A stretch of DNA of 64,000 nt from Selaginella moellendorffii. Its lineage: Eukaryota; Plantae; Lycopodiophyta. The notes under the pieces were generated by a model that saw only the letters and a program-made list of their open reading frames with translations, was not told the origin of the DNA and made no database searches. The first letter of the stretch is position 1, and each line of letters begins with the position of its first letter. The translations under genes were made by a program, and so were the position numbers. Shown here one piece after another: positions 21,827 to 34,312 of this stretch. The stretch lies in contig NW_003314425.1 of NCBI RefSeq assembly GCF_000143415.4, forward strand, positions 62,001 to 126,000, written 5' to 3'.

Positions 21827-22445
21827 GAACCAGAAGAGGAGAAGCTTAAGACATAAGCACTTCATATTTAAGTCAATCTACAGTTGCTGAAGTTTTTGGG
21901 CAACTATCTGATAGGGGTAACTACCAAAGGGTTACCACATCTTAGTGAATATTCATGTTAATGTTTGCTCTTAGCCAATGGGAATGGGAGGTTGCCAATT
22001 ACTTGGTGTTGTGACATATATCACATGCAATAGGCATTGATAGTTAACTTAACTTTTGCAATGAACATTTTAATTTCTTATAAAGAATTTGATAATTTCT
22101 TTTTAAGAAACACATGTTTATAGTTACTTCCTTAATTCTTCCTTTAAAGTGGAACACAATATTTATTGTTTTGATACTATTTCAATTTAGTTTTTAATGT
22201 TAATGAAACTATGACAATCAAAACAGTGTTTGATAACTGGGCAACATATATTGGGCAATAGCTAGTAAGTCATAAAATTTTCAAATTATTGCCTTTATAG
22301 CAAGCTGGGTTTCTTTTGTTTTTAAAATTTACTAAAAAAATAAGATTAAATTACTCAGTGATATTTCAACAAAACTAACTAAACCTACCAACTACTTTAC
22401 CATTTCAAAAGTTAAAAAAAACATACAGAAAATGTAATTAAAAAA

Positions 22446-25247
22446 CTATTTCAATCCTCTCAAGCGTGGTGTGCAGCACAACTGCTGGCCATTGGTTCGG
22501 ACTACCATGCCCAGAACTGCAGTCACACTCGCCCAAAGCATCGTGAACATCACACGGCCATCGCCTCGAGAGACTATTCAATGGAAATAGTAAGTCACTC
22601 TCGAGATAGAAAACCTGGAGATCTTCCTTACCATTCCACAAAGACATGGCTGTGGCACAAATGGAGGCTACTATCACTGCTGCAATCAGCGGCATGTACT
22701 GAAAATCAAAGACAAACAGATAGATCAGATTTTGAGTTGCTACAACACTTACTGTAGCTATCCCGGCAATCACTGATCGATGTGGCGAGCTGCTCTCGCT
22801 GGCTTTGTAGCCCCCTGTTACGAGATCCATTGCATCCTGGAGTCACAAAGAGTTGGAGGATATGGAGTGCGAATTCATTCACTGGTTACCTGACGGCGGC
22901 CATCATGGAAGTTGTTTAAGTAGTAACGACTGATAGCACTGATCCCATCCTGCATCAATCCAGCTATGGTGCGTTTTCCATATCTACAAGAAAAAGAAAA
23001 TAAAAATCAAACTATTATGCGTTGTGACTAGTATGTAGCACCTTACAAAGTCGCCCTTGAGAGCTGGAGTTCCAGCGTATTGGTAACTTATCTCGTCTCC
23101 ATGGTTGGCCCACACTGAACAAGGTAGTGTTAGAAATCTGCGGAGGCGATGATTATCACGTACATATATTGAACTGCGAGTCAAATACGTAGTGCTTGTC
23201 AATTGTTTCCGACGCTTGAAATAATCCCAAGCGTCGGAGCTGTTCCTCGAGTGCTTTCCTTCCCAGCAAGCTCTGCAAGGCAAGCCTATTACTGATCAAA
23301 GCACAAAATCAAATTGACGGTACCTGAGTAACGTTTGTCCGATCGAGACAATCAATGCAGTTGGTTCTTACGATCCCTTTCTGTTCTTCGGTCTTTTCTT
23401 TCATAGGATTCACCAAGAAAAACCTGGAATGGCATTTAACATAAGAATACATGGGAAGCGGTAGGATTACCTTTGCTGCATAAGATTCTCGGCAATTTGA
23501 TCATGCAGGACCGACAAGCGGTCAAAGCGTACGTTTCCGCAAATGTGATGAAAATCGAAAGGTACGTAGCTGTGAATCGTTTTTTAGTAGCGGTCGTGCG
23601 AAACTATACATACCGACGTACGTCACGTTATTATTTTTCAAGTGTTGCATCGCGTTTCGATAAGCTATGCTTAGAACTCCCTCGCTGCCTTGCTGCAGAT
23701 CCCAGAAGGGAAAAGTCACACGGTTGTAAAGTCGGTGGAGAATAAGAACCTGATTAATGAGATCAACAGCTAAAACGGATCCATATCGATCGGAGAGATC
23801 GCTGAAGTGTCGTTCTACTACTGCAGACTGGCAGGACAATAAAAAAAGAGGAAACTTTAGAGACAAGGAGATAAAATGAACAACGATTGATCGTACCGTA
23901 TCTTCGTGGTTTATAGATCTGATTTGGGGTTTATATCTTAAATCTACTATCTGCTCCCAAAACACAGGGATTGATCCTCGAACCTACAATGTCGTAACAC
24001 TTGACAGGCTTATCATACAGAAGCAACAATAGAAATTACCTGAACATAAGAGGCAAAGTATCCTCCAGCTTCCAAGATTTGTTCCGTTTCCACAAAGTTT
24101 GCAACCGAGCCTTCGGGATCCGCTCCCCTGCGCCACATTCGTGTCCCTAGCAAAGTAAAGTAAGAGCTAGAAATCCTGGAGACAACAAATGCACAAAGTG
24201 AAGTACCAGATCGGCGAATGGATCTCCTCGAAATCAACGTTATTTGCAACAACTGTTCTGCCAGTAAAACCTGGACGCTTTGAAAGCGTATTAGCAAGTT
24301 AAGGAAAGAAGAAAAGTAGCAAAGCTTGCACAACAGTGGTGGATATTTCCTTGAATAACCGGCAAAATAAATCCCTCTGCCTGCTTATATCTAGTCAGTA
24401 GTACACAAAAGTTGCAAGTAAGAAACAAAGTACCTGTGATTCCAGCAAGTAATCCTTCAAGTGATCATTCCATACGAACTGTGGGTCAGCCTGCAAAGTT
24501 ATAATGCTTTAGAGAGCCCTGAGAATATCAACCGCGAAAGAAACCTGTTTCCAAAGTGGTTGATTTTGATGATCGTTTGTTAGCAAGTGCGTTCGCTGTG
24601 CACTTTTGGAAGGTATAAGAGAATAGGAAAAACACAAAAAGGAAAAACTCGCATACTTGTTTGTGAGATCGGTCTCATACGAGAAGTAGAGCCCAGGCGT
24701 CTGTTCGATGTGTTTGAGAAGCCCACGCAAATATGCCTCCTCGATTATCTGTATGAACAAGGAAAAGGGAGTAACATTTTTACAAAGTTTAGTTTTTCAC
24801 TTTACCTTGCTTGGACTTAAGTGTCGAGTGTGCTCGCATTGAAAAAATCGCATCGACTTGACTTTAAATAAAGGAGAATTGGAATAAGATCCAGCGCATT
24901 CCCTTTCGGTGATCACCAGGACATAAGTTCCTGGAAGAAGTAAACATAAACAAACGAGAGAGTGACAACACTAGACAAAGATTTACCAGTGAGCAATTTC
25001 ACAGCTCCAAGAACACCGTAGACAGTGGAGGAATGGATCTGCCCCCCGCTAGCAGCAGCCGGCAGCTCCTCTGGAAGAAAACAAAACGCGAGAAATTTCA
25101 AGCTAGCTCGAGAAGAATCACTCGAATCTTACGGATCAGCGACGCATTGCCAGTGGCGCGATCGATCGAGAGGATCTGGGGGAGCCCGGAATGGGGCTGG
25201 AAGACGAACTGATCGGGAAGCTCCCAACATCGCATCTGGCCCGCCAT
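22446..25247 (-). CDS. SAC1-family phosphoinositide phosphatase (SAC8-like), many exons
   Basis: Catalytic RTNCIDCLDRTNV at ~23330-23370; GTRMWRRGADPEGSVANFVETEQI; WANHGDEISYQYAGTPALKGDFVR; C-terminal TM segments and NGQQLCCTPRL. Confidence 0.9.
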
Positions 25248-25357
25248 GGAATGTTCACCCTAACCCTAAACCACGAGAATATTCTTTATTTAAAAAAGTA
25301 TCATTAGAGCTGTTTACAAACGGTAAAAGAATATTCGCTAGAGCCCTAGCGCTAGCT
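25248..25357. promoter_or_regulatory. Compact bidirectional promoter with telo-box-like CCCTAACCCTAAA
   Basis: 110 bp between divergent ATGs (25247 and 25358); telomere-like motif at ~25258-25270. Confidence 0.6.
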
Positions 25358-26705
25358 ATGGAGGAGGAAGACATCGAAATGGGGCAAGGCGGACGCAATG
25401 GCGGCCGCTGGAGCCATCGATCCGGCGTCTCCTCGATGATGATTTCTTCGGCCGCCTACAGCGTCATGGGACTGCTTGTCAAGATCCTTGCCGGTGAGTG
25501 AGTGAAGCGACCGATGATCGTCCTGATATTTCGAGATTTCGCAGTAAAATCCTTCCCATCCTCGCAAATTGTGGCCGCTCGCTGTGGAATCGTGGCGCTG
25601 CTATCGGGTCTGGAGCTCCGCCGCATGAAATATCCGCTGCTGGGATCGGCCGCAGCGAGGCAGCTGGTGATCAGTCGTGCCATCGTTGGCTTTGTTGCGC
25701 TTTCTACATATTTCTACAGGTAAGAAAGACCTTTTGGAAGAAAAAATAGCGTGAAAAAAATTCTAAAGCATACAGGTGCTTCCACTGCGAGACGCTACCA
25801 TTCTCAACTTCACCATGCCTGTATTCACGGCGATTCTAGCAACATTTTTGCTGCATGAAAGCTGGGGAATCTACGATATCACAGGTACTAAAGTGCACGC
25901 CTTTTTCTCTCGTTGTTTTTCTTTCAACTTGACCGGCAACGCAGGGACGCTTTTCAGCTTTTTAGGTGTCCTGCTCGTCATACAGCCACAAAATCTTGTC
26001 ACAGGTCGGTGAATCGAGTCTTGAAATGTTTAATGAAGTCACAGAATTGTTTTTACAGATGCATGCTTGGGAGTAGCTATGGCAATGGTTGGAGCCTCGA
26101 CGGGTGCGCTGTCATATATTATCATTCGCATGGTTGGAAAACACGGCGAGCCTCCAGCGTAGGTGATGGTTTTTCCCGTGCAAGGCAAGTACTAAACTTT
26201 TAGCTGCAGTGTTTGCGTTTTTGCGTTTGCTGCCTTTTCAGCTCCAATGGCTTTGTTTGCCATGCTCTTCCAGGTAAGAAACATGTCATACTTTTAGCAA
26301 GCAATTGACGAAATCGTGCAGGGATGGAAACGTCCCGGCGTCATAGAGACTCTGGAGCTTTGTGGGGTTGGCCTCTCGGCTTATGCGGCTCAAGTAAGAT
26401 ACGCTGCTCTATTTTTGCGTTCTTACGAGTATGGTTTGCCAGATATTCTTAACCAGAGGCTTGCAGCTAGAGAAAGCAGCCAAAGCAACATCAATGCAGT
26501 ACGTCAAGGTAAATCACGACATCCAAATCAGCCTGAGCTGCGTATAATTCTTTGTAATTCCACGCAGGTTGTCTGTAGCTACGTTCTCGGGGTAGTTTTC
26601 CTTGGAGAGAGACCATCATTGCAGGGTGCCATTGGAGCAGTTTTGATTACATGCAGTGCGGCATTTGTTTCTGGGAAGGAGAGTACAAAAACTCACCCCA
26701 AATAG
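25358..26705 (+). CDS. EamA/DMT-superfamily transporter (SLC35G-like), multi-exon
   Basis: Hydrophobic exons SMMISSAAYSVMGLLVK, LVISRAIVGFVALSTYFY, LPLRDATILNFTMPVFTAILA, TRGLQLEKA, VVCSYVLGVVFLGERPS..GAVLI. Confidence 0.82.
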
Positions 26706-27210
26706 CACGAAGAAGTTTTCAGGAGAATGAAGCCGATCGCCGCGACTGTCACCATGAACAGCAGCATGCGGCAGCAATCCGCCACCAAAGTTCGTCGTGG
26801 ATCCCCCTCAGCAGTGGCTGCAGAATCGTGGCTCTGCAAGAATCAAGCGAAGCGAAGCTAGTCTAGAAGAAGCAAGAAACTGGAAACTACCCGAGCTGGT
26901 GGTGCCTCTCGCCTCGGACGATGCTTGTTGCTCGCCTCCGCTGCAAGCAACGTGAAAATCGATCAGATCCAAGAAAGAGATGGAATGATTTGGGTCGTCG
27001 AGAAGAATGCCTGGCAGGGCCGCCGATTGCAAGCGCAGGAGCAGCCTGAGAGCGGCGTTGGAACGCCGGAGGGCTGCCATTCCTTGCCGCTGCTGCTCGC
27101 TCATTCTCACGCGGAAGATGATTTGATCCAACGGTGAACGCACACTTGGCTATATCTCCACCATAGGGCTCTCGGACTAAGATTTTGTGGGTGGAGGTGG
27201 AGGAGAACCG

Positions 27211-28902
27211 ATGGAGGGTGCCAGTTTGGTTCGTTTCCCTTCCAGTTTTGTTCGCTCGAGCTGGACAATTCCCAGCCCACGGGGGATTGTCGTCAAGGTA
27301 AGCAACTCTCTTTATCCTTTCTGCATTGCTTCAAACTTTCGATTCATCAGAGGCATGGAGCTAAGCTCTGCATTTCGTGCCGGTCAGAGTCACCTGAGGT
27401 ACTTCTAGTTGTCTAGTCGTACAGCGTGTAAACATTTTCTTCGTTTGTCTATACTAGACGATGGTTGTCTCCATAACAGGTGCCACGGGATTTATTGGAA
27501 GAAGATTGGTACACAGGCTAGCTTCGGGTCTGTTGTATTTTATGAAGACATGTCCTTGAAGATAATGTTTTCCTTGGTTTTTCCAGATGGACACAAAGTC
27601 CGAGTTCTTACGCGTTCCATTTCGAAGGCAGCTGATCTTTTCCCGGCAAGGGACTATCCGACCGTTGAGATATCCTTAGAGCGTGATCTGGAGAAATGCA
27701 TTCCAGGATCGACTGGAGTTGTCAATCTTACTGGGACACCTATCAGCACTCGCTGGACATCGGAGGTTCGTTTCTCTCTAGCCTTTCTGTATCCACATTT
27801 GCTCAAAAGGTTACAGGTGAAAGACGAGATCAAACGAAGCAGGATAAGTCTCACCACAAAGGTACTTCCTCTTTTTCTTCTTCAAACAAGACACGCTTTC
27901 TTTCAGCTTGTTGAAACCATCAACACTACTCCAAAAGAACTACGTCCCAAGGTTTTAGTGAGTGCTTCCGCCGTGGGATTCTACGGAGCGAGCGAGACAT
28001 CTACGTATGACGAAACGAGTCCTTCGGGAAATGATTATCTCGCCGAAGTACGTATACGTAATTTAATCATTGTTTCATACTTATTTTCTCTGCTGCCGTG
28101 TGTTTGTCAGGTTTGCCGGGAATGGGAAGCTGCCGCAAGCAATGTTGATGGCAGTGTAAAGCTTGTCCTCCTTCGCATTGGCATTGTACTCGACAAGGAG
28201 GGTGGCGCTCTAGGCACGTATAATATTTGAAAATGGCTGTTCCTTAGTTATTGTTGCCTGATTCTGTTATTGGCACGCAGCAAGCATGGTCCCATTATTC
28301 AAAGTTTTTGCTGGCGGTCCTATAGGTTCTGGAAAACAATGGTGAGATTTCTCTCCTGAATTTGTTCTTCTAAATGTGGAGAAATCGCTGCCAGGTTCTC
28401 GTGGGTGCATCGCGAGGATTTGGTGTCACTGATAACTGAAGCGCTAACGAATCCAACCTACAAAGGTAAATAACCAGTTTCATCGTTTTCTATTCGGCTG
28501 CTTTGTGGTGTACCTTCGTACAGTAGATTGCTCGGCAAAGTTCTTACAGCCGTAACTTGGAAGTTCTTGCGGAATGTAACGCCGTTTGTTGTGGTTTGGT
28601 CAGGTGTAATCAATGGGACAGCCCCGAATCCAGTCCGAATGGCCGAGATTTGTGACACTCTGGGAAGAGTCTTGGGACGTCCGTCATGGCTCCCTGTTCC
28701 TGAGATTGCTCTCAAAGCAGTACTTGGAGAGGGTGCGAGTGCGGTAAGTAAAATCTATCTCTCCCCTAAAGATTCACCTTTTCAATGACAACAACAGGTT
28801 CTCGACGGTCAAAGAGTGGTACCAAAGAGAGCTCAAGAGCTCGGTTTCAAGTTTAAGTACCGCTACATTGGGGACGCTCTGAAGGCAATCTTTGCTTCCT
28901 AG
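27211..28902 (+). CDS. GC1: Epimerase-family SDR39U1/SulA (GIANT CHLOROPLAST 1-like), multi-exon
   Basis: Transit-peptide-like exon 1; [15 protein letters not shown]; [14 protein letters not shown]; [12 protein letters not shown]; [14 protein letters not shown]; [13 protein letters not shown]; RPSWLPVP; [16 protein letters not shown]. Confidence 0.88.
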
Positions 28903-30611
28903 AAAGGCAAAGGACGGACTCTTATTCCTCGTCGTTCTTTCCTCGTCGTTCTTTCTTCGTCGTCACTGCTGTGGAGCTTGCTACCGCTGCTGCTTTCACC
29001 ATAGCTTTTCCACCACCAAACGAAACAGTCACAGCTGGCCCGTGGACGTACGTTTGGCAGCTAGTACACAGGGAGGAGCAGTCCACACAAGGCTAGTTCC
29101 CTGCCCAAAGACATGTACCTGACAACGCTGGTGGACAAGACACTGTTGCAGCCAGCAGGCTTTGAGATATGTGAACTTCGTAGTTCCAGGTCCCTCTATA
29201 AGAGCTCGAGCAAGGTATGAGAATGCAAAGGAAAATTTTCTTTTCTTGATAAAAGAGACTCGCGTGCAATTGCTAGATTCAAGTCCGATATCTCAACTAC
29301 AGGTGCAGTGTAAAGCTTCGTCCTCGTTCGTTCGAACTGGCAAGGATTATCAAAGAAAAAGATTGCCTGTTAGAGTTTGTGAGGACTGATCACTGTGATT
29401 TCAGTTACTGGCATGCATGCAGCAAGCAAGCAGGTTTCATTATTCTAAAGTTTATATCCCGGCAGACGGTCCAATTGCCAGAGGTAACTTGAAAGCTTGT
29501 TCGTTTAAACAGTGGAGAGTTTGGCAGGTTCTTTCTTAACAAAGTGGTCTCTTATTTATGGTAACACTTGAGCTTGATTTTTCTTCTTCTTTCCTCATGC
29601 TGCACACCATTGTGTCTCTTTTGTTCTTCAGGTGTCTTATCCTGAACGTGAATGGTCACTCCAGCTTGAATGCTATGCGGTAACGTAGCTACCAGTCCAT
29701 TTCATTTCCTTCCTTCTTTCGACGTCTTAACATCCCTCTTACAGCTTGCTTTCAACAACGACAACAACAGCTTCTAGACGCGGTCAAAAGAGCGGCAAAT
29801 TTCGCTCCGGGGCTCGACTTCAAAGTTGTTTTAAAGTACGGTCTACACTCCATTGGCGGAAGGAGCACCCCTATACTTCGTTCGTCATCGGCCTGTGAGA
29901 GACGAGACGACGACCCCTGTCGTGGCGCTGCTGCCGCCGCTGCTGCTGTTCTCTCGAGCACCAAAACGAATCAGTCCCCAGCGCTAGCTGGTCCTTGTGA
30001 CGTAGCACACTTGGAAGTTAGTACTCAGGGAGACCAGTCCGCACAGATAAGATAACTTCCTTACTTCCCATGGCTCTGATCTGACACTGTGGAGGAACAA
30101 GTCCCCAGGAGAAGACTTTGAAACATGTGAAGTTCCAAGCTCCAATCCTCCAAAAGTGCTATAACTCGGAGAGCCAGGTATGCGAGTTCATGAATGAAAA
30201 TCTGGAGCTGACTAGTTGTTTTTTTTTCTTTAATCACCTCCAGCAGCTTTAAAATACATTTACCGTCATGTGGAGGAACACTACTACCCAGCTGCGGTGC
30301 TGCTGTAACTTTCACGGGAGCGGAGGAAACACTAGTTTTCTCGTGAGTTTGAACGCCCAGCTCCGCAATTCCATGTGCTGTCCCTGCTAGATTCACTTGA
30401 AACACGGCTGCGATTAAGGTATACGATGAGAGCTGACTGACTCCAGTTACATCAATCACACCTCGGTTTAAACTCTCGAGCTTTTCAATTTGTTTTCTTG
30501 TCCTCCCTCTCTCTTTCGAGTCTCACGCGTCTCGATTGGATGGATTGACTGATCTTGCCTCTTTGTTTCATGATCATTTGGTTCTCACTCTCTCTCTCTC
30601 TCTCTTTTGTA

Positions 30612-33210
30612 TCAGCAACACCATCGCCCGATGCGAAGAAACGCCGAGAGAGGCGAAGAAGTCGCCTCCGGCATGTTCCCGGTTTGCCGGATGTAGTCGG
30701 CTCTTTGAGCAGTCTTGGCGGCCTGTTCTACTCGCCGGGACTCGGCCGCGGCTCGCAGATCCTCGGCCCTCCGCCGCGCAATCGCCAGCTTGTTCATGAG
30801 CTGCTCGTGAGAGTGCGATCGCATTCGCTCCACTTTCACCTGGAGAGAAAGAATTAGATCAATCAAATCACTCTGCGCTACTCAGGCAGAAAGGATTCGA
30901 CGATGAAAGAGAGAGACGAAGAACAACTCCTAGAAACTTGAGCACTTGCTAGCTACGTACGACCAGTCAAGAGGAGGAAAAAAAAAAGAAAAGAAACCGT
31001 AGCTCTCATCGCCTTGAAACAAGTAAGCATTTTCTCTCAGAGGAAGGAAGAAGATCTTACCTCGATTCGACGCATCTCGGCCTCGGCTTTGGCCTTCTCG
31101 TGGTTCTCCCACGCCACGATCTTGGACTCCTCCCTCTTATACCTGCAAGAAACCAAAAACAAAGAAAGGTGGCGGACAATGAAAATCAAAGTTAGCGATA
31201 CCTTGCCTCGTACTTGGCCTTCTCCGCTTCCTCCCACGCCGCCGCCCTCGTCTCGAGCACATTCCTCTTCACCTCCTCCAGATCGATGTTCTTGAGGCAC
31301 TTGGAAGCGTCCTCCTCCTCCTCCTCGCGCGACGCCCAGGCAGCGATGTTTGCCTTGCCCAGCTGCGCTCCCAGCGCTCGAATCTCCTGCCTCGTCTTGT
31401 GCTTCTCCGACAGCACCAGGTGCTCGCTCATCCCGGGCGTCTGGCTGCCGCTGCTAATCCCCGCCGCCGCTACTCCTCCGCCGCCTTCGCCGCCACCACC
31501 ACCACCACCATCGTCGTCAATGGTGGCTGTGATCCGCCCGGGCGTGGAGGGCCGAGAGGATACCGGGCTCCGAATGGTCGGGGTGGTGGCTCTTATCGGG
31601 GTGCCCGTTCTCGACGGCTCCTGGCTCGCAATGGGCGTCATCTCAGTCCCCATGTCGCGCATCGACACCGACCTCAGCCCCGGCGGCGCTACGTACGACG
31701 TAGCGGGGTTTGCTATGCCGCCGCCGCCTCCGTTACCCCCGGGGCTCTGGTGCTCGCCCTTGGCGCCCGGATGATCTAAAGTTTCAAAGATCTCCATGTT
31801 AGAAATGCCAAGTAAGAAGAGTTCTAAAGCTGGATGGGAGTTCTAAGCTCGTTCAAAGCTGGAAAAACTAAGAAGAAATTAAGTCTAGAGCTGGAAAAAC
31901 TAAGAAACTAAGTTGGAAAGGACCAAGGAAGAAGTGCTCGAAGAGTTCTAAGTTCTTTCAAAGCTGGATGAAAGTTCGAAGCTGGAAAACTAGAAAACTA
32001 ACTTGGAAAGGAGAGATAACTAAGTTGGAAAGCTGGAGAACTATGAAAGTTTCGAAGGAAAGAAGAGAGTGATCTCACCTGAGAAGTCCGAGGTGGGCTT
32101 CTCGGTCCGGAGGGCCGGCTTGGAGAGATCATCGTCCACGGCGTCGTCGATCGCGTCCTGGGCCAAGTTGGTCACCAGCTTGAGCTTGGCATCGTCGCAA
32201 GCCAGCTCGTGGAGCTCCTCCAGCGGGTAGCGATCGAGCGAGCTCATCGATCGCGTCTTCACAGGTCCTCCTCCTCCTCCGCCGGGGCTGGGCATGAAAG
32301 AGAACTTGTACGCCGCGGGGCCATCGATCTTCTTATCGTCCGGCGGTGGCATCATACCGCCGGCGGCACCGGCGGTACCGCGCGGTGGCTGCCCGAGCAG
32401 CGCGGCCTTCTTGCTTGCATTGATAATGACGTGATTGGGGATCGAGGACAGCAGTTGCTGCATCTTGGGCGCTGCCATCATCCTGCTCTTGATCGCCGCT
32501 CCATCTGACGAGACGAGCCATTTCTCGGCGTCGTCCCACTTCGAGGGAGCTGGCTTCAACATCGATCGCGCGGCACCGGCGGTAGTGGTGGCGCCGCCAC
32601 CGCCGGAGCGCTGTTGTGGATCTCCTCGGCTGTTAAAATCAAAGCTGGAGACGCTGGATGTGTTCTCCAGGCTGCTGTCGTAGTCCGCGGATTCCTCGTC
32701 GGTGGTGATCCGGTTCTCCTGCGAGCCCGGCGGCGCCGCTGTTCTTCCGCCATTCTTCTTGCCGCCACCGCCGCTGGCCTGGAGCTTCATCACCTTGAGC
32801 AGCGCTGCGTCGGGCTTTGGCGTCGACCATCCATAGCCATTGCTCTCGAGCGCTACTGGAGAGGTGCCTAGAGAAAAATTTCGAAGATCTCTCACCCGTA
32901 GATCGAGAAGAAAAGAGAGAGAAGAGCTTTCTATACCTTTGAGGAGGAGAGATTCTGATGCGTGGCGGCTATGGATACCAATCAGCTCCTCTCGTGTTCT
33001 TCCTCCTGCCAATCAATCACCACCCAAAACACGATTTTGGGCCAAGGTACGTGAGCATTGGATTCTCTTTCGCGTTTTCTCCCACCTTCGAGGAGTAGTG
33101 CGTGATGCTTGGGACTCATGGCGACTTGCTTGGTCGATCCCTCCACCATTTTGCTCGACGATTGCTGCTGCTGCGAGGAGGAATCAATCACCTCCACGGA
33201 CATTGCTCGT
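30612..33210 (-). CDS. Remorin (long N-terminal group), multi-exon
   Basis: PSKWDDAEKWL; RSVSMRDMGTEMTPIASQEPSRTGTPIRATTP; Remorin_C AAAWEEAEKAKYEARYKREESKIVAWENHEKAKAEAEMRRIE. 5' end is uncertain. Confidence 0.88.
31800..32060. repeat. Intronic degenerate tandem repeat (AAGCTGGAAAACTAAG / AACTAAGTTGGAAAG units)
   Basis: Repeated agctggaaaa(a)ctaag and ctaagttggaaag units fill the unusually long remorin intron 31776-32078. Confidence 0.7.
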
Positions 33211-33890
33211 TCCTAGACACGGATCTATCGCTGGTAAGAGAAAGAGAAAATGGAATCGCTCCATACCTTGGCTCCCAGAGAGCCTACATTGGCCCCTCGC
33301 TCGAATTCCAAGCTCGCGTCTCCAATTCCCTCGATTGGGCAATGGAATAGTACGTAGTCACGGGCGCCAGCAGAAGAGAGACTTAAGAGCGAGAGAAAGA
33401 AGAAGAAGGCGAAGAGCTTTCCAGCGATGGAGATGGAAGCAGCATTGATTTCTCTCCTGGCTGCTAGTTTTCCTCCTCACGCTCTGTTGCTCTTCACCTG
33501 GAAAACGATGGCGAACGAACTCGAAACACCCACAAACCTACCGAGAAGAAGAGAGGAAGAAGAAAGAACGAGAGAGGAAAATGGAGGAAGAGGGCGATTG
33601 GGAGGCGAGCGCCCAGTGGCGAGATCGATCGCGCGGGAGAGGAGTGGCACGGAAAAACGGGATTTTGCGCGAGAAAAATGGGATTTTGGATGGGAAGAGA
33701 AGAGCTCCCTCCCACCTCTTTAGATAGATAGAAATGGAGTGGTGGAGTGGAATTCTTTCTCACAAGATTACACACTCTCACACATAGACCCTCGACTGAC
33801 TGCCTCGTCTCTGACTCTCCTCTGGCAGACAAAACAAATCTCAGGACAGCCTCCTTGCTGGCTCCAAAATTATTCTAGGGAGCAAATTAA

Positions 33891-34066
33891 ACCCCGTACC
33901 GCCGGCGTCACTGTTTGTACCGCGCGGCACGGGCTGTAAGAAGCGCGCGGTACAAATGTTTTCAAATCTCCTCCACCGTACAATTACCAGCGGCACCGTA
34001 GCCAATCGTACACGCCGCGCGGCACCGTGCCGCGGGCGTCACTTCACTCGAGCCGTGCGGCACGCC
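33891..34066. promoter_or_regulatory. Cluster of GTAC cores and GC-rich inverted repeats between divergent remorin and RPS1
   Basis: GTAC at 33896, 33917, 33950, 33978 and 34008; 13-bp inverted repeat 33914-33926/33944-33956; palindrome cgcggcac-c-gtgccgcg at 34018-34034. Confidence 0.45.
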
Positions 34067-34312
34067 TGGCCAATTAAAAAACTTTAAGATCAAATCGCGG
34101 AGTCAATGACTGCGTTGCTTTCCATTAAGGAATCGCGGATTGGGTTATGATTTTTCTTTGTCTTGTGATCGCGAGATCATAGCATCATCTCCCTCCAAAT
34201 ATTTATTTGGCTTTGTGGATATACTTGTGGTTCTAGTTGGAAGATTGGGGGTTTAGGGTTTAACCCCAAGAAAATGGATGGATAGCTAGGGTAGCGATCG
34301 AATCATCGATCG

